Below, piece by piece: positions 20,936-30,453 of a DNA stretch of 64,000 nt (positions are counted from its first letter, which is position 1; every line of letters begins with the position of its first letter). The notes beneath the pieces were generated by a model. The model made no database searches and had not been told where the DNA came from. It was given only the letters and a program-made list of their open reading frames with translations. A program made the position numbers and the translations under genes. Origin of the DNA: Aulosira sp. ZfuVER01 (lineage in GTDB: Bacteria > Cyanobacteriota > Cyanobacteriia > Cyanobacteriales > Nostocaceae); assembly GCA_034530615.2 (NCBI GenBank), contig JAVRCV020000059.1, positions 92,813-156,812 of the forward strand, given 5' to 3'.

Positions 20936-22468
20936 ATGACAAACGCCAAGATTTTGGTTGTAGAAGATGAAGCGATTGTGGCGAAGGATTTACGAAATCG
21001 ACTGACAAGATTTGGTTATATGGTTCCTGCAATTGCTTCTTCAGGACAAGAAGCAATTAATAAAGCACTAGAATTTTATCCAGATTTAGTGCTGATGGAT
21101 ATTAGATTAAAAGGTGAAATGGATGGTGTAGAAGCTGCTCAAGAAATTCATAGGCATTTAGATATACCTGTAATTTATTTAACTGCTTATGCGGATGATT
21201 CTACTTTAGAGCGGGCAAAAGTTACAGAGCCATTTGGGTATCTACTCAAACCCTTTAAAGAAAGAGAATTACAAACTAATATTGAAATAGCACTAACTAA
21301 ACATAGATTAGAAAAAGAATTAAAAGCTAACCAAAAATGGCTCTCTACATTACTGAATAGTATAGGAGATGGAGTAATTGCTAGCGATATTCAAGAGTCA
21401 GTGAATTTTATGAATCCTGTAGCTGAAAATCTAACAGGATGGGAGCAAGAAGAAGCTTTAGGAAAAAATTCAAAAGAAATATTTAATATCGCCAATGCAA
21501 CAACTCGTAACCCTATTGAAAGTCCGATAAAAAAAGTTCTGCAAGATGGTAATGTAGTCGAAATATCAGAAGAAACTATTCTAATTGCCAAAAATGGTCA
21601 GGAAGTCCCAATTGATGATAGTGCTGCACCAATTAAAGATGACAAAGATAATATTATAGGTGCAGTTTTGATATTTCGGGATATTACCGAGCGCAAAAAG
21701 GCTAGTGAGGCGCGAAAAAGGGAACTTGAACAAATGCAACTTGTAACGCAATTAGAAGAACTCAATCAACTGAAAAATGATTTTTTAAATTTAGTTTCCC
21801 ATGAATTGCGATCGCCTCTCAACAATATGAAGGTGATGATTCAAGTAATGCAAGTGTCTCCCAATGCTCAGGAATTTCAACGTTATCTGGATTTGATGAA
21901 AGTTGAGTGCGATCGCGAGCTAGATCTAATCAACGATCTGTTAGACTTACAACGACTGGAAACTTCTAGCTATTTCCCCGTTGCTCCTGATGCACTGCTA
22001 TTACAAGATTTGTTACCCTTATTGATCGAGCCGTTTCAAGCTCGTGTTGCAGAATATCAGCAAACTCTACAGCTAAATCTCCCCGATCAGCTTCCACCAT
22101 TGATATCAGACCGCACCAGCTTAGAACGAATATTAACAGAATTACTCAATAACGCCTGCAAATATACTCCTGCTGGCGGTGAAATCATCTTAAATGTACA
22201 TCACAACTCTTCAGTAGCACCCGCAGAAACTATAATTACTGTCAGTAATTCAACAGAAATTCCCACAACAGGGTTAGCACGAATTTTTGAGAAATTCTAT
22301 CGCATTCCTCATGCAGACCGCGGCAAACAAGGCGGTACGGGGTTAGGATTAGCCATAGTACAGAAGATGGTCGAACAACTCCAAGGAAGCATTCAAGTAG
22401 AAAGCAGCGAGGGATGGACAACTTTCACTCTGACATTAACTGATTTAGTTGTTCCGCTTCATGAGTAG
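20936..22468 (+). CDS. Hybrid receiver-PAS-histidine kinase
   Basis: VEDE...DLVLMD...KPF receiver, PAS, SHELRSPL, NNACKY, GTGLGL. Confidence 0.9.
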   Translation: MTNAKILVVEDEAIVAKDLRNRLTRFGYMVPAIASSGQEAINKALEFYPDLVLMDIRLKGEMDGVEAAQEIHRHLDIPVIYLTAYADDSTLERAKVTEPFGYLLKPFKERELQTNIEIALTKHRLEKELKANQKWLSTLLNSIGDGVIASDIQESVNFMNPVAENLTGWEQEEALGKNSKEIFNIANATTRNPIESPIKKVLQDGNVVEISEETILIAKNGQEVPIDDSAAPIKDDKDNIIGAVLIFRDITERKKASEARKRELEQMQLVTQLEELNQLKNDFLNLVSHELRSPLNNMKVMIQVMQVSPNAQEFQRYLDLMKVECDRELDLINDLLDLQRLETSSYFPVAPDALLLQDLLPLLIEPFQARVAEYQQTLQLNLPDQLPPLISDRTSLERILTELLNNACKYTPAGGEIILNVHHNSSVAPAETIITVSNSTEIPTTGLARIFEKFYRIPHADRGKQGGTGLGLAIVQKMVEQLQGSIQVESSEGWTTFTLTLTDLVVPLHE

Positions 22469-22754
22469 TTTGCTACGCAAATATTGAGTGTTGGAAGCGA
22501 ACGAGCGCACTTTACTAGAGAATTTCAGTAAATCGCAAAGTTTTCCCCAAGAGCGATCAAATATTAAATAAGCATTTACCCAGGTTGCCAAATTGCTCAG
22601 GCAAGTATCAATTAAGACCTATCAAAATTCTCTGAGGCTTCACCAAACTGTATTAGGAGTTACAATTTACTCCTACAGCATCCTCTGCGATCGCCTGGGA
22701 TTTAAAAAAATTTTATAATTCTCACACCAGAGGATAATTTTTTATTTATACACG

Positions 22755-22790
22755 AAAAAGCGCTTGAGATATTTGCTCGCTCAAGCGCTT
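22755..22790 (-). terminator. Intrinsic terminator-like hairpin oriented for the minus strand
   Basis: AAGCGCTTGAG/CTCAAGCGCTT 11-bp stem with an A-run on the + side (T-run on the minus strand). Confidence 0.5.
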
Positions 22791-23645
22791 CCCCGTATAA
22801 CTTTATACCAATTCACTTGTTTGATGCAACATCTGAAATCCGCAATCACCCCTGAAGAAGAGCACTGCGAGGATAACTTGTAACAAACATGCAGTGAAGT
22901 GGTATCACTCCTTGCACTAATTAAGAATATCTCTTCTGCAATCATACTGGGAATCTAATGAGTGACAGTTTATCAACTGACACTAGTTACAATCGACTGA
23001 CGATGGATGGTGTTGATCAAGACCAAGCATGACCGTAGACGACTTGCGTATATAGTATAAAGCAAGACGGTAAATATGCGATCGCTCACAAGCCATCATC
23101 AATATGGCAGTAGCGCAAGATGCCCAAGCTGCTAGCATCGATTTTTCATTTGAGATCAGCAAATGCACCAAAAACTATCAGCATAGTTCAGTTACACTGC
23201 TGCTGTCGTGAAAATGGAACATGGGGCATTGGGCAAGCAGTGACGGGTACGCAGGGGTCTCACGCCAGTTCGCTCAAGTCGGCAGAACCGCCCAAAAGTT
23301 GCTTTATCAGTTCATGAAGTGCCAACAGAAACTGAAGTCTTCGATTGGAAAGTTCTTAAAGAATGGAATATTAAGGATACTTATATTAAAAACTGGCAAG
23401 TTGAAAAAACTGTGGTTCTTCCGTATTGATTACGTCAAATTATTAGTTAAATATCAAAACTTGGTTAAAAAATATAGTTCAATAAATCAAACCTATTTCC
23501 AATACCTAAAATCTTATTAAACAATACACATTTCTATCGTGTGGCAATGGTTCATGATTATTGCAAATGAGATTTAGCATAATATGCAATGAGCAAATTT
23601 TCCTCATTTAATTTAGGATGATGCGCTCAAATCAATAACTCAATA

Positions 23646-24665
23646 TCAACTGACAGATGGTTCCAACATTTGTATTATCCCAGTATTTGCATTGATTTCT
23701 ACTTGTACACCTACTGGTAAGGTAAATTTATCTTTAATATGACCGATCGCAGAACCATACCAGGAGGGAATGTTTAAGGGAAGTATATGATCTTGCAATA
23801 CTTGCGTTAAGGTAAAATTCGGTTCATCGCCCAGACTGCAATTGGTGCATTGCCCAAAAATCAAGCCAGCAATTCGATTCAGTATGCCTGCATTTTTCAA
23901 CTGGGTCAGCATCCGGTCTACACGATACACATCTTCGCCTATTTCTTCCAAAAACAGGATGTTTTGGTTCCATACAGGCAAGTAAGGTGAACCTACCATT
24001 GCTGCTAGTACTGATAAATTCCCACCCACAAGTTTACCTTTAGCTTTTCCCGGTACAACGGTCGAGAATTGCACTTCTTTAGTAGTTGGATTTTCCATTG
24101 TCACCGCTTCTCCTGCAAACAGGATGCGCTTAACGTAATCCACCGTAAACTGATTCCAAGTAGAAGTGGCAACTGGACCATGAAAAGTAATTAATCGGCT
24201 ACGGGCGTTAATAGCTAACAATAGAGAAGTAATATCGCTGTACCCCATCAAGATTTTAGGATGAGAGCGAATATTAGCATAGTTGAGTAAAGGTAAGATG
24301 CGATTACAGCCCCAGCCACCGCGCATGGCAATAATTGCTTTCACAGATTTATCGGCAAACATCGCATTTAAATCAGCAGCGCGATCGCGATCTTTTCCTG
24401 CTAAATAGCCATACCGATTTAAAATATGTTTCCCTAGTTTAACTTTGAGACCTAAATCTGCAATGTTGCGTTGTGCTGCTTCTACATCTTCGAGGTCAAC
24501 GATACCCGCAGGGGAAATTAATCCTACAGTGTCACCTATTTGTAAACGAGGCGGCTTCAGGATAGTCTGAGGAGATAATTGACCTTGGGCAGTCAATGGT
24601 TGTAGCTGAGTAGCTATGGTAGCTAGCCCCATGTTAGTCAGAAATTGCCGACGATTGATGGTCAT
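23646..24665 (-). CDS. ldcA: Muramoyltetrapeptide LD-carboxypeptidase (peptidase S66) with Tat signal
   Basis: NRRQFL twin-Arg, RGGWG, GYSDIT, GGNL, LEE, GH catalytic motifs. Confidence 0.9.
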   Translation of the reverse strand: MTINRRQFLTNMGLATIATQLQPLTAQGQLSPQTILKPPRLQIGDTVGLISPAGIVDLEDVEAAQRNIADLGLKVKLGKHILNRYGYLAGKDRDRAADLNAMFADKSVKAIIAMRGGWGCNRILPLLNYANIRSHPKILMGYSDITSLLLAINARSRLITFHGPVATSTWNQFTVDYVKRILFAGEAVTMENPTTKEVQFSTVVPGKAKGKLVGGNLSVLAAMVGSPYLPVWNQNILFLEEIGEDVYRVDRMLTQLKNAGILNRIAGLIFGQCTNCSLGDEPNFTLTQVLQDHILPLNIPSWYGSAIGHIKDKFTLPVGVQVEINANTGIIQMLEPSVS

Positions 24666-24730
24666 TTGTCATTTGTCATTTGTCATTGGTCAATGGTCAA
24701 TCATCAATGCTCAAGGGTCAATAGTCATTG
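24659..24730. repeat. Heptamer tandem repeat (TGTCATT/GGTCAAT, STRR-like); similar tract at 1659-1690
   Basis: Visible TGTCATT iterations. Confidence 0.7.
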
Positions 24731-24826
24731 AAAGCGATCGCATCGACCTGCAATTGAATTGCATCGACCTGCAACAATAATCGAAAGGGAACAAATAACA
24801 AACATACAAAATTGCGGGAGGTTGCT

Positions 24827-25192
24827 GTGGCGTTAAAACGCTTGATTATCGAGATGGGGATGGGAATCGATCAGCATGGACAAGAACCGACAGTAGCAGC
24901 AGCAAGGGCAGTACGTAATGCGATCGCGCATAATGCTTTACCTGGTGTTTGGGAAGTAGCTGGTTTAAGTGACCCCAATGAAATGATTGTAGAAGTTCAG
25001 GTAGCAGTACCATACCCAGAACAAGTACGGCAAGAGGAAGTATTAGCAGTACTGCCTTTTGGTCGCAAAAGCCTCAAAGTCGAGTCTGGGGGGATGGTAG
25101 TTCAAGGACGAGCAATTGCCTCTCTCAACGATAAAAATGACGAAATGTTGATAGCGGTTGCTGCCGTTACTGTTTTGGTTGAAACTGAATAA
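24827..25192 (+). CDS. Lin0512-family protein (GTG start 24827)
   Basis: 'IIEMGMGIDQHGQEPTVAAARAVRNAI...PFG...GG'; GGGAGG RBS. Confidence 0.8.
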   Translation: MALKRLIIEMGMGIDQHGQEPTVAAARAVRNAIAHNALPGVWEVAGLSDPNEMIVEVQVAVPYPEQVRQEEVLAVLPFGRKSLKVESGGMVVQGRAIASLNDKNDEMLIAVAAVTVLVETE

Positions 25193-25309
25193 CTGTGGCA
25201 GTTGTTGGAAGATTTAGTCAATAAAATAACGCATCTACAACAACATTGGGAAAGATTATTTCTAATCTTACTCCGTTGCAAAAAAGCCAAATTTTAAAAT
25301 TTACATATC

Positions 25310-26098
25310 ATGAATGCACAAGAGCAAAACTGGTCAAATTTATTTGGTCATCTTACTTCTGAAGGTATGAGTTGGTATGGAACATGGACTTTTTATTCTC
25401 CAGAGCTAGAGGTTATTAAGTCTTATCAAGGTGTAAGAAGTTTCCGTGTTAACAAAGATAAAACAGTTATTTACCAAACCAATAATTACACTTATACCGA
25501 TGGTAGTACCGAAGAAAAAAACTGGCAACTTGAGAAGCAAATTTGTAACCAAGCTGATGGCATAATCCATACAGCCGTACCTTCTATGAGGGCACTATCA
25601 ATTACTCCTGCTGTATATGCTTGGTTAAGTAAAACATTTGAATCAGGTAAATACTTTGGACTAGAGTTATTCTTCAGAAATGAAGATTGGCGAACTAGTG
25701 TAGCAGTTATTTATAGAGAAAATAACGTTATTGAAAGAATTACTCATATTCGCGAACATTTAGGTAGTTTTCCCACCCAGTCTCCTGGTGCAGAGGTAAA
25801 AAATATTGATGGTAAATGGATAGGGGAAAAACAGCACTTAACCCCTGATTTAAAAGTTTCAAATCCTGAACCTGTTCAAAATCTGGTGTTAGTTCCGTTA
25901 GAAGATAAAAATCAAACCTTTTTTTTACCTGATGGTATAGTTATCAGTGCTCCTACAACTTTGAGGATTGGTCAAGAATTTAACATTATAGCTGGTAGGT
26001 TGGTATCCCTAAATCAATTTAAGAGGCTGACAGCACAATATGACACTTTAGGAAATTTTCACCTATTGATTTCAGAAATATTTCATCAACAGGTTTAG
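25310..26098 (+). CDS. DUF3598-like beta-barrel protein
   Basis: Two 'W.G.W'/'GKWIG' lipocalin-like halves, 'LPDGI', 'RL...YD..G.F'. Confidence 0.65.
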   Translation: MNAQEQNWSNLFGHLTSEGMSWYGTWTFYSPELEVIKSYQGVRSFRVNKDKTVIYQTNNYTYTDGSTEEKNWQLEKQICNQADGIIHTAVPSMRALSITPAVYAWLSKTFESGKYFGLELFFRNEDWRTSVAVIYRENNVIERITHIREHLGSFPTQSPGAEVKNIDGKWIGEKQHLTPDLKVSNPEPVQNLVLVPLEDKNQTFFLPDGIVISAPTTLRIGQEFNIIAGRLVSLNQFKRLTAQYDTLGNFHLLISEIFHQQV

Positions 26099-26160
26099 AT
26101 AGAAACCTGTTTTTTGTAGTAGGTAATTTGTAACTATATATATTAAAGGAAACTGAGGTT

Positions 26161-26350
26161 ATGTCAACTACACCAATTAACAAGGACAATACGCAGGATC
26201 AGCAAAACTGGTAAGTCAGTAACCTTTGAAGGTATTACGATTTTTGAGATTAACGAAACAGGTAAGATTCACTCTAGTGCTTACTGGAATCCTGCTGCAA
26301 TGGTGGCTCAACTGCGCTCTTATAATAATCGCTTTTGTACGATAGACTAG
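26161..26350 (+). pseudogene. SnoaL/NTF2-like (ketosteroid-isomerase-like) gene remnant with internal deletion and frameshift
   Basis: GAGG RBS and ATG at 26161. The +1 frame gives SKTGKSVTFEGITIFEINETGKIHSSAYWNPAAMVAQL, a typical SnoaL C-terminus. Confidence 0.65.
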
Positions 26351-26417
26351 AGGCATTGGGATAAAAATCTCTGGCAGTAAGTTCGACCAACGACCAATCT
26401 TCACCACTCCAGCGACA

Positions 26418-26756
26418 ATGTCTCAACAGCATAATGAATCACCCCAAATTCAGCAAATAATCGGACTGAAAGCAAATCACTTTGCTGATTTAATCAGAGC
26501 TGCACAATTGATTTTTGACCCCGCAGCAGGACTTTCTGGCAGACACGTCAAAGTTGACTGGCGAGAGTTCGGCATTCCTCTTGATGTGGCGGAAAATCTC
26601 AAATATCTTGGTGAGCAGTATCGATATGCGTCTCCCCATATTCCTGTAGAAAATATTTGGAGTCAATTGACACCAGAAACTCGGATTTGGTTTATGGAAC
26701 ATAAAGATGAGTTGTGGCAATTAGAGGAAGCTTTCCCGGCTCTTGATGAAGACTAA
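26418..26756 (+). CDS. Conserved cyanobacterial hypothetical protein
   Basis: 112-aa ORF with protein-like composition. Confidence 0.7.
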   Translation: MSQQHNESPQIQQIIGLKANHFADLIRAAQLIFDPAAGLSGRHVKVDWREFGIPLDVAENLKYLGEQYRYASPHIPVENIWSQLTPETRIWFMEHKDELWQLEEAFPALDED

Positions 26757-27048
26757 TTGGATACAGATGCCAAGATAGCTGAAACACTCAACAACTAGAC
26801 TCTGGAAAAAAATACAGTTTGTACGTAGGGACACAACATAAGTTGTGTCCTTGCTGTAATGTCGTTTATCAAAACGATCCGGGGTTGGGTGTCATAAACT
26901 GTCGTCAAGGGCGAGGAAACCTCACCCCTAGAAAATACAAATTTTATGCCAATTGGTGAGAATATTTGAATTTAAACATTATCTGGTGTATTGTGCGCTC
27001 GCATTAGCTTCTGTGCAAAGTTAAACTAATGAAAAACGCGCCTTATCA

Positions 27049-28236
27049 ATGAATCATAGTTTTAGCATTGCTCCCATTGTGGAGGAATCCACTGCTGAAA
27101 ATCCTGCTGTTGCTCCACAACATCTATTTGTCAAGCAACTAGCTGTGCTAGTTTTAGAAATGCTGTTAGCATTGCCTTTAGGTTTAAGTTTAGCAAGGTT
27201 CCAGATTGGGGGAATTGCTTGGATCTTTGGGGGTATTGTTGCTGGTACTGTAGTTTTGCAAGGATGCCGCATTTTCTATCAATATTGCCCCAAACCTAAC
27301 CGGAATGCCAGAAAGGTGGGCATGGCATTGGTAGGATTAACAGTTGGAGCCTCAAGTATTCACAGTGATTTAACTAGTGTAGCTTCTAGGATTCCGATTT
27401 TTGTTTTACTAACATTTTTTCTTCTACTCAGTGGTGGCTTTATTGGCTACATTTATTCCCGTCTGAGTAAAACTAACTTGTTAACAGCAATGCTAGCTAC
27501 ATCTCCCGGCGGTGTGGGAATTATGGCATCTATTGCTGCTGATTATGGCAGAAATGTTACCCTTGTTGCACTAGTTCAGGCTTTGCGCGTCACATCTGTA
27601 GTTTTTCTGATTCCTTTAATTGCTAGAAGCACAGTTAATAACTCTTTAAATTCACAAATTATCCCGATTCAAAGTAATGTTTTGAGTTTTGATCCATCTC
27701 AACTAGGATTACTATTTTTAGCACTTGGAGTAACTGGATTAGTTGTTTATGTATTGATATTATTTAAGATTCCCGCAGGGGATTTTTTTGGAGCTTTGTT
27801 AATTGGCATGGCATTCAATCCCGTACTAAATTTGCTGCCTTTTGTACACGATATTCAATTTACTCCACCGTTACCGATCAAAATAATGGGGCAAATGCTA
27901 TTAGGAATTACCATCGGTGAGTATTGGGGAGATAAACCCAGCTTTGGGAAACGGACTGTAGCCTATGCTGTGATGTCTGTAGCCATGACTTTAATTGCAG
28001 GTGCGATCGCTGCTATGCTGGCTATGCAATTAACTTCTTGGGATTGGTTAACTTGTTTGTTGGTTACAGCACCAGGCGGTTCAGCAGAAATAATTCTAGT
28101 TTCCTTGGTATTGAATCATAATGTTGAAGTTGTGACAACTGGTCATTTAGTCAGAATAATTGCAATTAATAGTTCCCTACCCATTTGGATATTTCTGTTT
28201 CGTCGTCTTGATGGAAAATTTTCAGAAATTGCTTAA
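27049..28236 (+). CDS. Membrane AbrB-family (duplicated, 'putative ammonia monooxygenase') protein
   Basis: Two repeats with SPGG/APGG and Q.LR/H.VR motifs; about 10 TM segments. Confidence 0.85.
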   Translation: MNHSFSIAPIVEESTAENPAVAPQHLFVKQLAVLVLEMLLALPLGLSLARFQIGGIAWIFGGIVAGTVVLQGCRIFYQYCPKPNRNARKVGMALVGLTVGASSIHSDLTSVASRIPIFVLLTFFLLLSGGFIGYIYSRLSKTNLLTAMLATSPGGVGIMASIAADYGRNVTLVALVQALRVTSVVFLIPLIARSTVNNSLNSQIIPIQSNVLSFDPSQLGLLFLALGVTGLVVYVLILFKIPAGDFFGALLIGMAFNPVLNLLPFVHDIQFTPPLPIKIMGQMLLGITIGEYWGDKPSFGKRTVAYAVMSVAMTLIAGAIAAMLAMQLTSWDWLTCLLVTAPGGSAEIILVSLVLNHNVEVVTTGHLVRIIAINSSLPIWIFLFRRLDGKFSEIA

Positions 28237-28339
28237 GTAAGTTTGTAGCATTGTCGCGCAACGCACCGAACACCATCAAAAATTTAAGGTGCGTTAGCCT
28301 ACGGCATAACACACCCTACGGACGAATTACAAATTGGTA

Positions 28340-29659
28340 TTATCTGTAGTCCTGGCGTTGAATATCCCGTAAACGTGCTGCATCACGCATATTGTAATCA
28401 GCACGAGTAAAGCGACTTAACTGCGCTTCAAAAAATTCTCGATTTGCTTGTAAATGCTTGGGATTGGGATCGTCTAAAGGATATAAAAGTGCAGTGCGTA
28501 ATGCTTGAATTACTGCCGAAGTAACATTGTACATTGAACGTTGGAAACTAATTCCTAACTGAATCAACATATCTTCTTCGCCACGACAATATTGTTTGTA
28601 ATAATCAACAAGATATTGAGGTAAGAAGTGCAACATATCTTGCATCAATAGTGTGGGTGGAATACCAGCTGTACCTACAGGAAACACATCAGCGTAGAGA
28701 ATGCCATAGTGGAAATCTTTTTGATCGTCAGGTACTTGGCCTGCTTGAGCATTATAAGATTTTGTGCCCCTAAAAGGTGCAGTGCGGTAGAAAACGGCTT
28801 CTACATAAGGTAATGCAGCTTCGTATAGCCAAGTAAAACCCTTGGATTTGGGGATAATTTCATAGCATTCGCCATCTATATATACATGATGGTAAATCGG
28901 ACGGCCTGCGATCGCAAAAATGCCGTTAACCAAAAAATTCATTGCATCGGGGACACCTTTAAACCCGCCTTCGTCGTAGATATCCGACATTTCAAAAAAT
29001 ACAGGTGCCATGACTTCCCAGAATAAACCCAAGTTAGAGTAGTAAGACATCTGGCGACACTGTTCTATGAACATATCAGGGAACAGCTTGTGCAGTGTCA
29101 ACATCACTGGGTTGCCTTTGAAATAAGCTTTTATTGCCCTATCGGCGTTAGCTTTGTATTCTTCCGAGTCAAGGTAAGCGTCAAACTGGTTCACTGGCGC
29201 ATACATTTGACGATGCCAAAGCATAGCCCGCATACAAGCTTCAGCAAACTCCATGTTAATGCGATCGTGGAATAAATGGTGAAATAATCTTGGCATTTTG
29301 CCAGTTTCACCTTTTTCGATAAATGCTAATAATTCTGGATGGGCTGTTGCTTGCCCGCGCCAAATTCGTAAATCGGCATCATCACCTGCATAATGATTAT
29401 GCAGGTCTAAATACTCTTTAGGCAAAAAGTATTTAAAGAAGGACAAGGGATTTAAAAATTCCCGTTCCGCAATATAAAGTAAATCCCGCCAGTAAAAATC
29501 CATCGGCACAGCATAAGCTTTATACAAACCGATGATTTGCATTAGATTTTCTGGCGTATCGGGCAGCATAGAACCACCAGCTTCTAAACGATGAATTACT
29601 TCCGCAAACTCATGGCGAGAAGGAGGTAATTTAGTTGTTGTCTTAACAGTAGTTGTCAT
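28340..29659 (-). CDS. cupA: CO2 hydration protein CupA (ChpY)
   Basis: RLEAGGSMLPDTPEN, DRINMEFAE, SYNAQA, GIPPTLLMQDM; lies in the ndhF3/ndhD3 operon. Confidence 0.95.
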   Translation of the reverse strand: MTTTVKTTTKLPPSRHEFAEVIHRLEAGGSMLPDTPENLMQIIGLYKAYAVPMDFYWRDLLYIAEREFLNPLSFFKYFLPKEYLDLHNHYAGDDADLRIWRGQATAHPELLAFIEKGETGKMPRLFHHLFHDRINMEFAEACMRAMLWHRQMYAPVNQFDAYLDSEEYKANADRAIKAYFKGNPVMLTLHKLFPDMFIEQCRQMSYYSNLGLFWEVMAPVFFEMSDIYDEGGFKGVPDAMNFLVNGIFAIAGRPIYHHVYIDGECYEIIPKSKGFTWLYEAALPYVEAVFYRTAPFRGTKSYNAQAGQVPDDQKDFHYGILYADVFPVGTAGIPPTLLMQDMLHFLPQYLVDYYKQYCRGEEDMLIQLGISFQRSMYNVTSAVIQALRTALLYPLDDPNPKHLQANREFFEAQLSRFTRADYNMRDAARLRDIQRQDYR

Positions 29660-29749
29660 TTGGCAATCCTGTTTGAGTTGTAAGATTTTTTGTAAACGCT
29701 GTCATTTTGCTTGTAGGGTTTTAGCAATGCTAAACCCTGACAAAGTTGT

Positions 29750-30343
29750 CTATTTACCAGAAAATTCCTGTAATAATTCTTCCCTGATTTTCAGGGCATG
29801 AAAAATACTCAAAACATCATGTGTCCATACTGGCAGAATGACTGTCATGGCAATTTCTTCAATACTGTAGACTAAGCCAGCAATAGAGGTTAGCCATAAA
29901 GCGATTCCTGCGTAGTTAAAGCCAAACAAAGAAATAATCGCAATGCAAAGTGTTATTCCCCAAAATTTAGCTGAGTAAGTGTGATAGCTAGCAGGTTTAC
30001 CATATTTAACTAAATTCACTATCCACCACACCAACTGAGCAAAAACAACTGTAAGTAAAGGCAAACGATATGCAATTAAAAGATCTTGATGTACCAGCCA
30101 AGCACTCACAAATATGCAACTAAAAAGGCAAACATCAGCCCAACTATCAGCTTGTCTTAATTCAGCAGTACTCACACCAAGTCGTCGGGCAATAATGCCA
30201 TCAAAAATATCAGAGAGGAAGGCAGCAACAAAACCAACAATGAACCAAACACTAGTTTTCCCATCAAGGGCATCCCAGAGGAGGAAGGGAGAAATTGAAA
30301 AGCGAAATAGTACTAAAGCGTTGGGAATTAACTTTAAATTCAT
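29750..30343 (-). CDS. CDP-alcohol phosphatidyltransferase-family membrane protein (ATG 30343)
   Basis: PN.L...R and D..DG..AR...D..AD motif; AGGAGG RBS. Confidence 0.85.
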   Translation of the reverse strand: MNLKLIPNALVLFRFSISPFLLWDALDGKTSVWFIVGFVAAFLSDIFDGIIARRLGVSTAELRQADSWADVCLFSCIFVSAWLVHQDLLIAYRLPLLTVVFAQLVWWIVNLVKYGKPASYHTYSAKFWGITLCIAIISLFGFNYAGIALWLTSIAGLVYSIEEIAMTVILPVWTHDVLSIFHALKIREELLQEFSGK

Positions 30344-30453
30344 CCTTCCTCCTGATATTAGTGCGTTACTCTCTTTATTTTCTCTGTGTCTCTGTGGTTC
30401 ATTTTTTAAATAAATCTCACGCAAAGCCGCAAAGGCGCAAAGAAGATGAGAAT

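Noticed and set aside
22983..23520. Short ORFs of 62-99 aa
   Set aside because: No RBS or motifs; partly repeat-derived and mutually overlapping.
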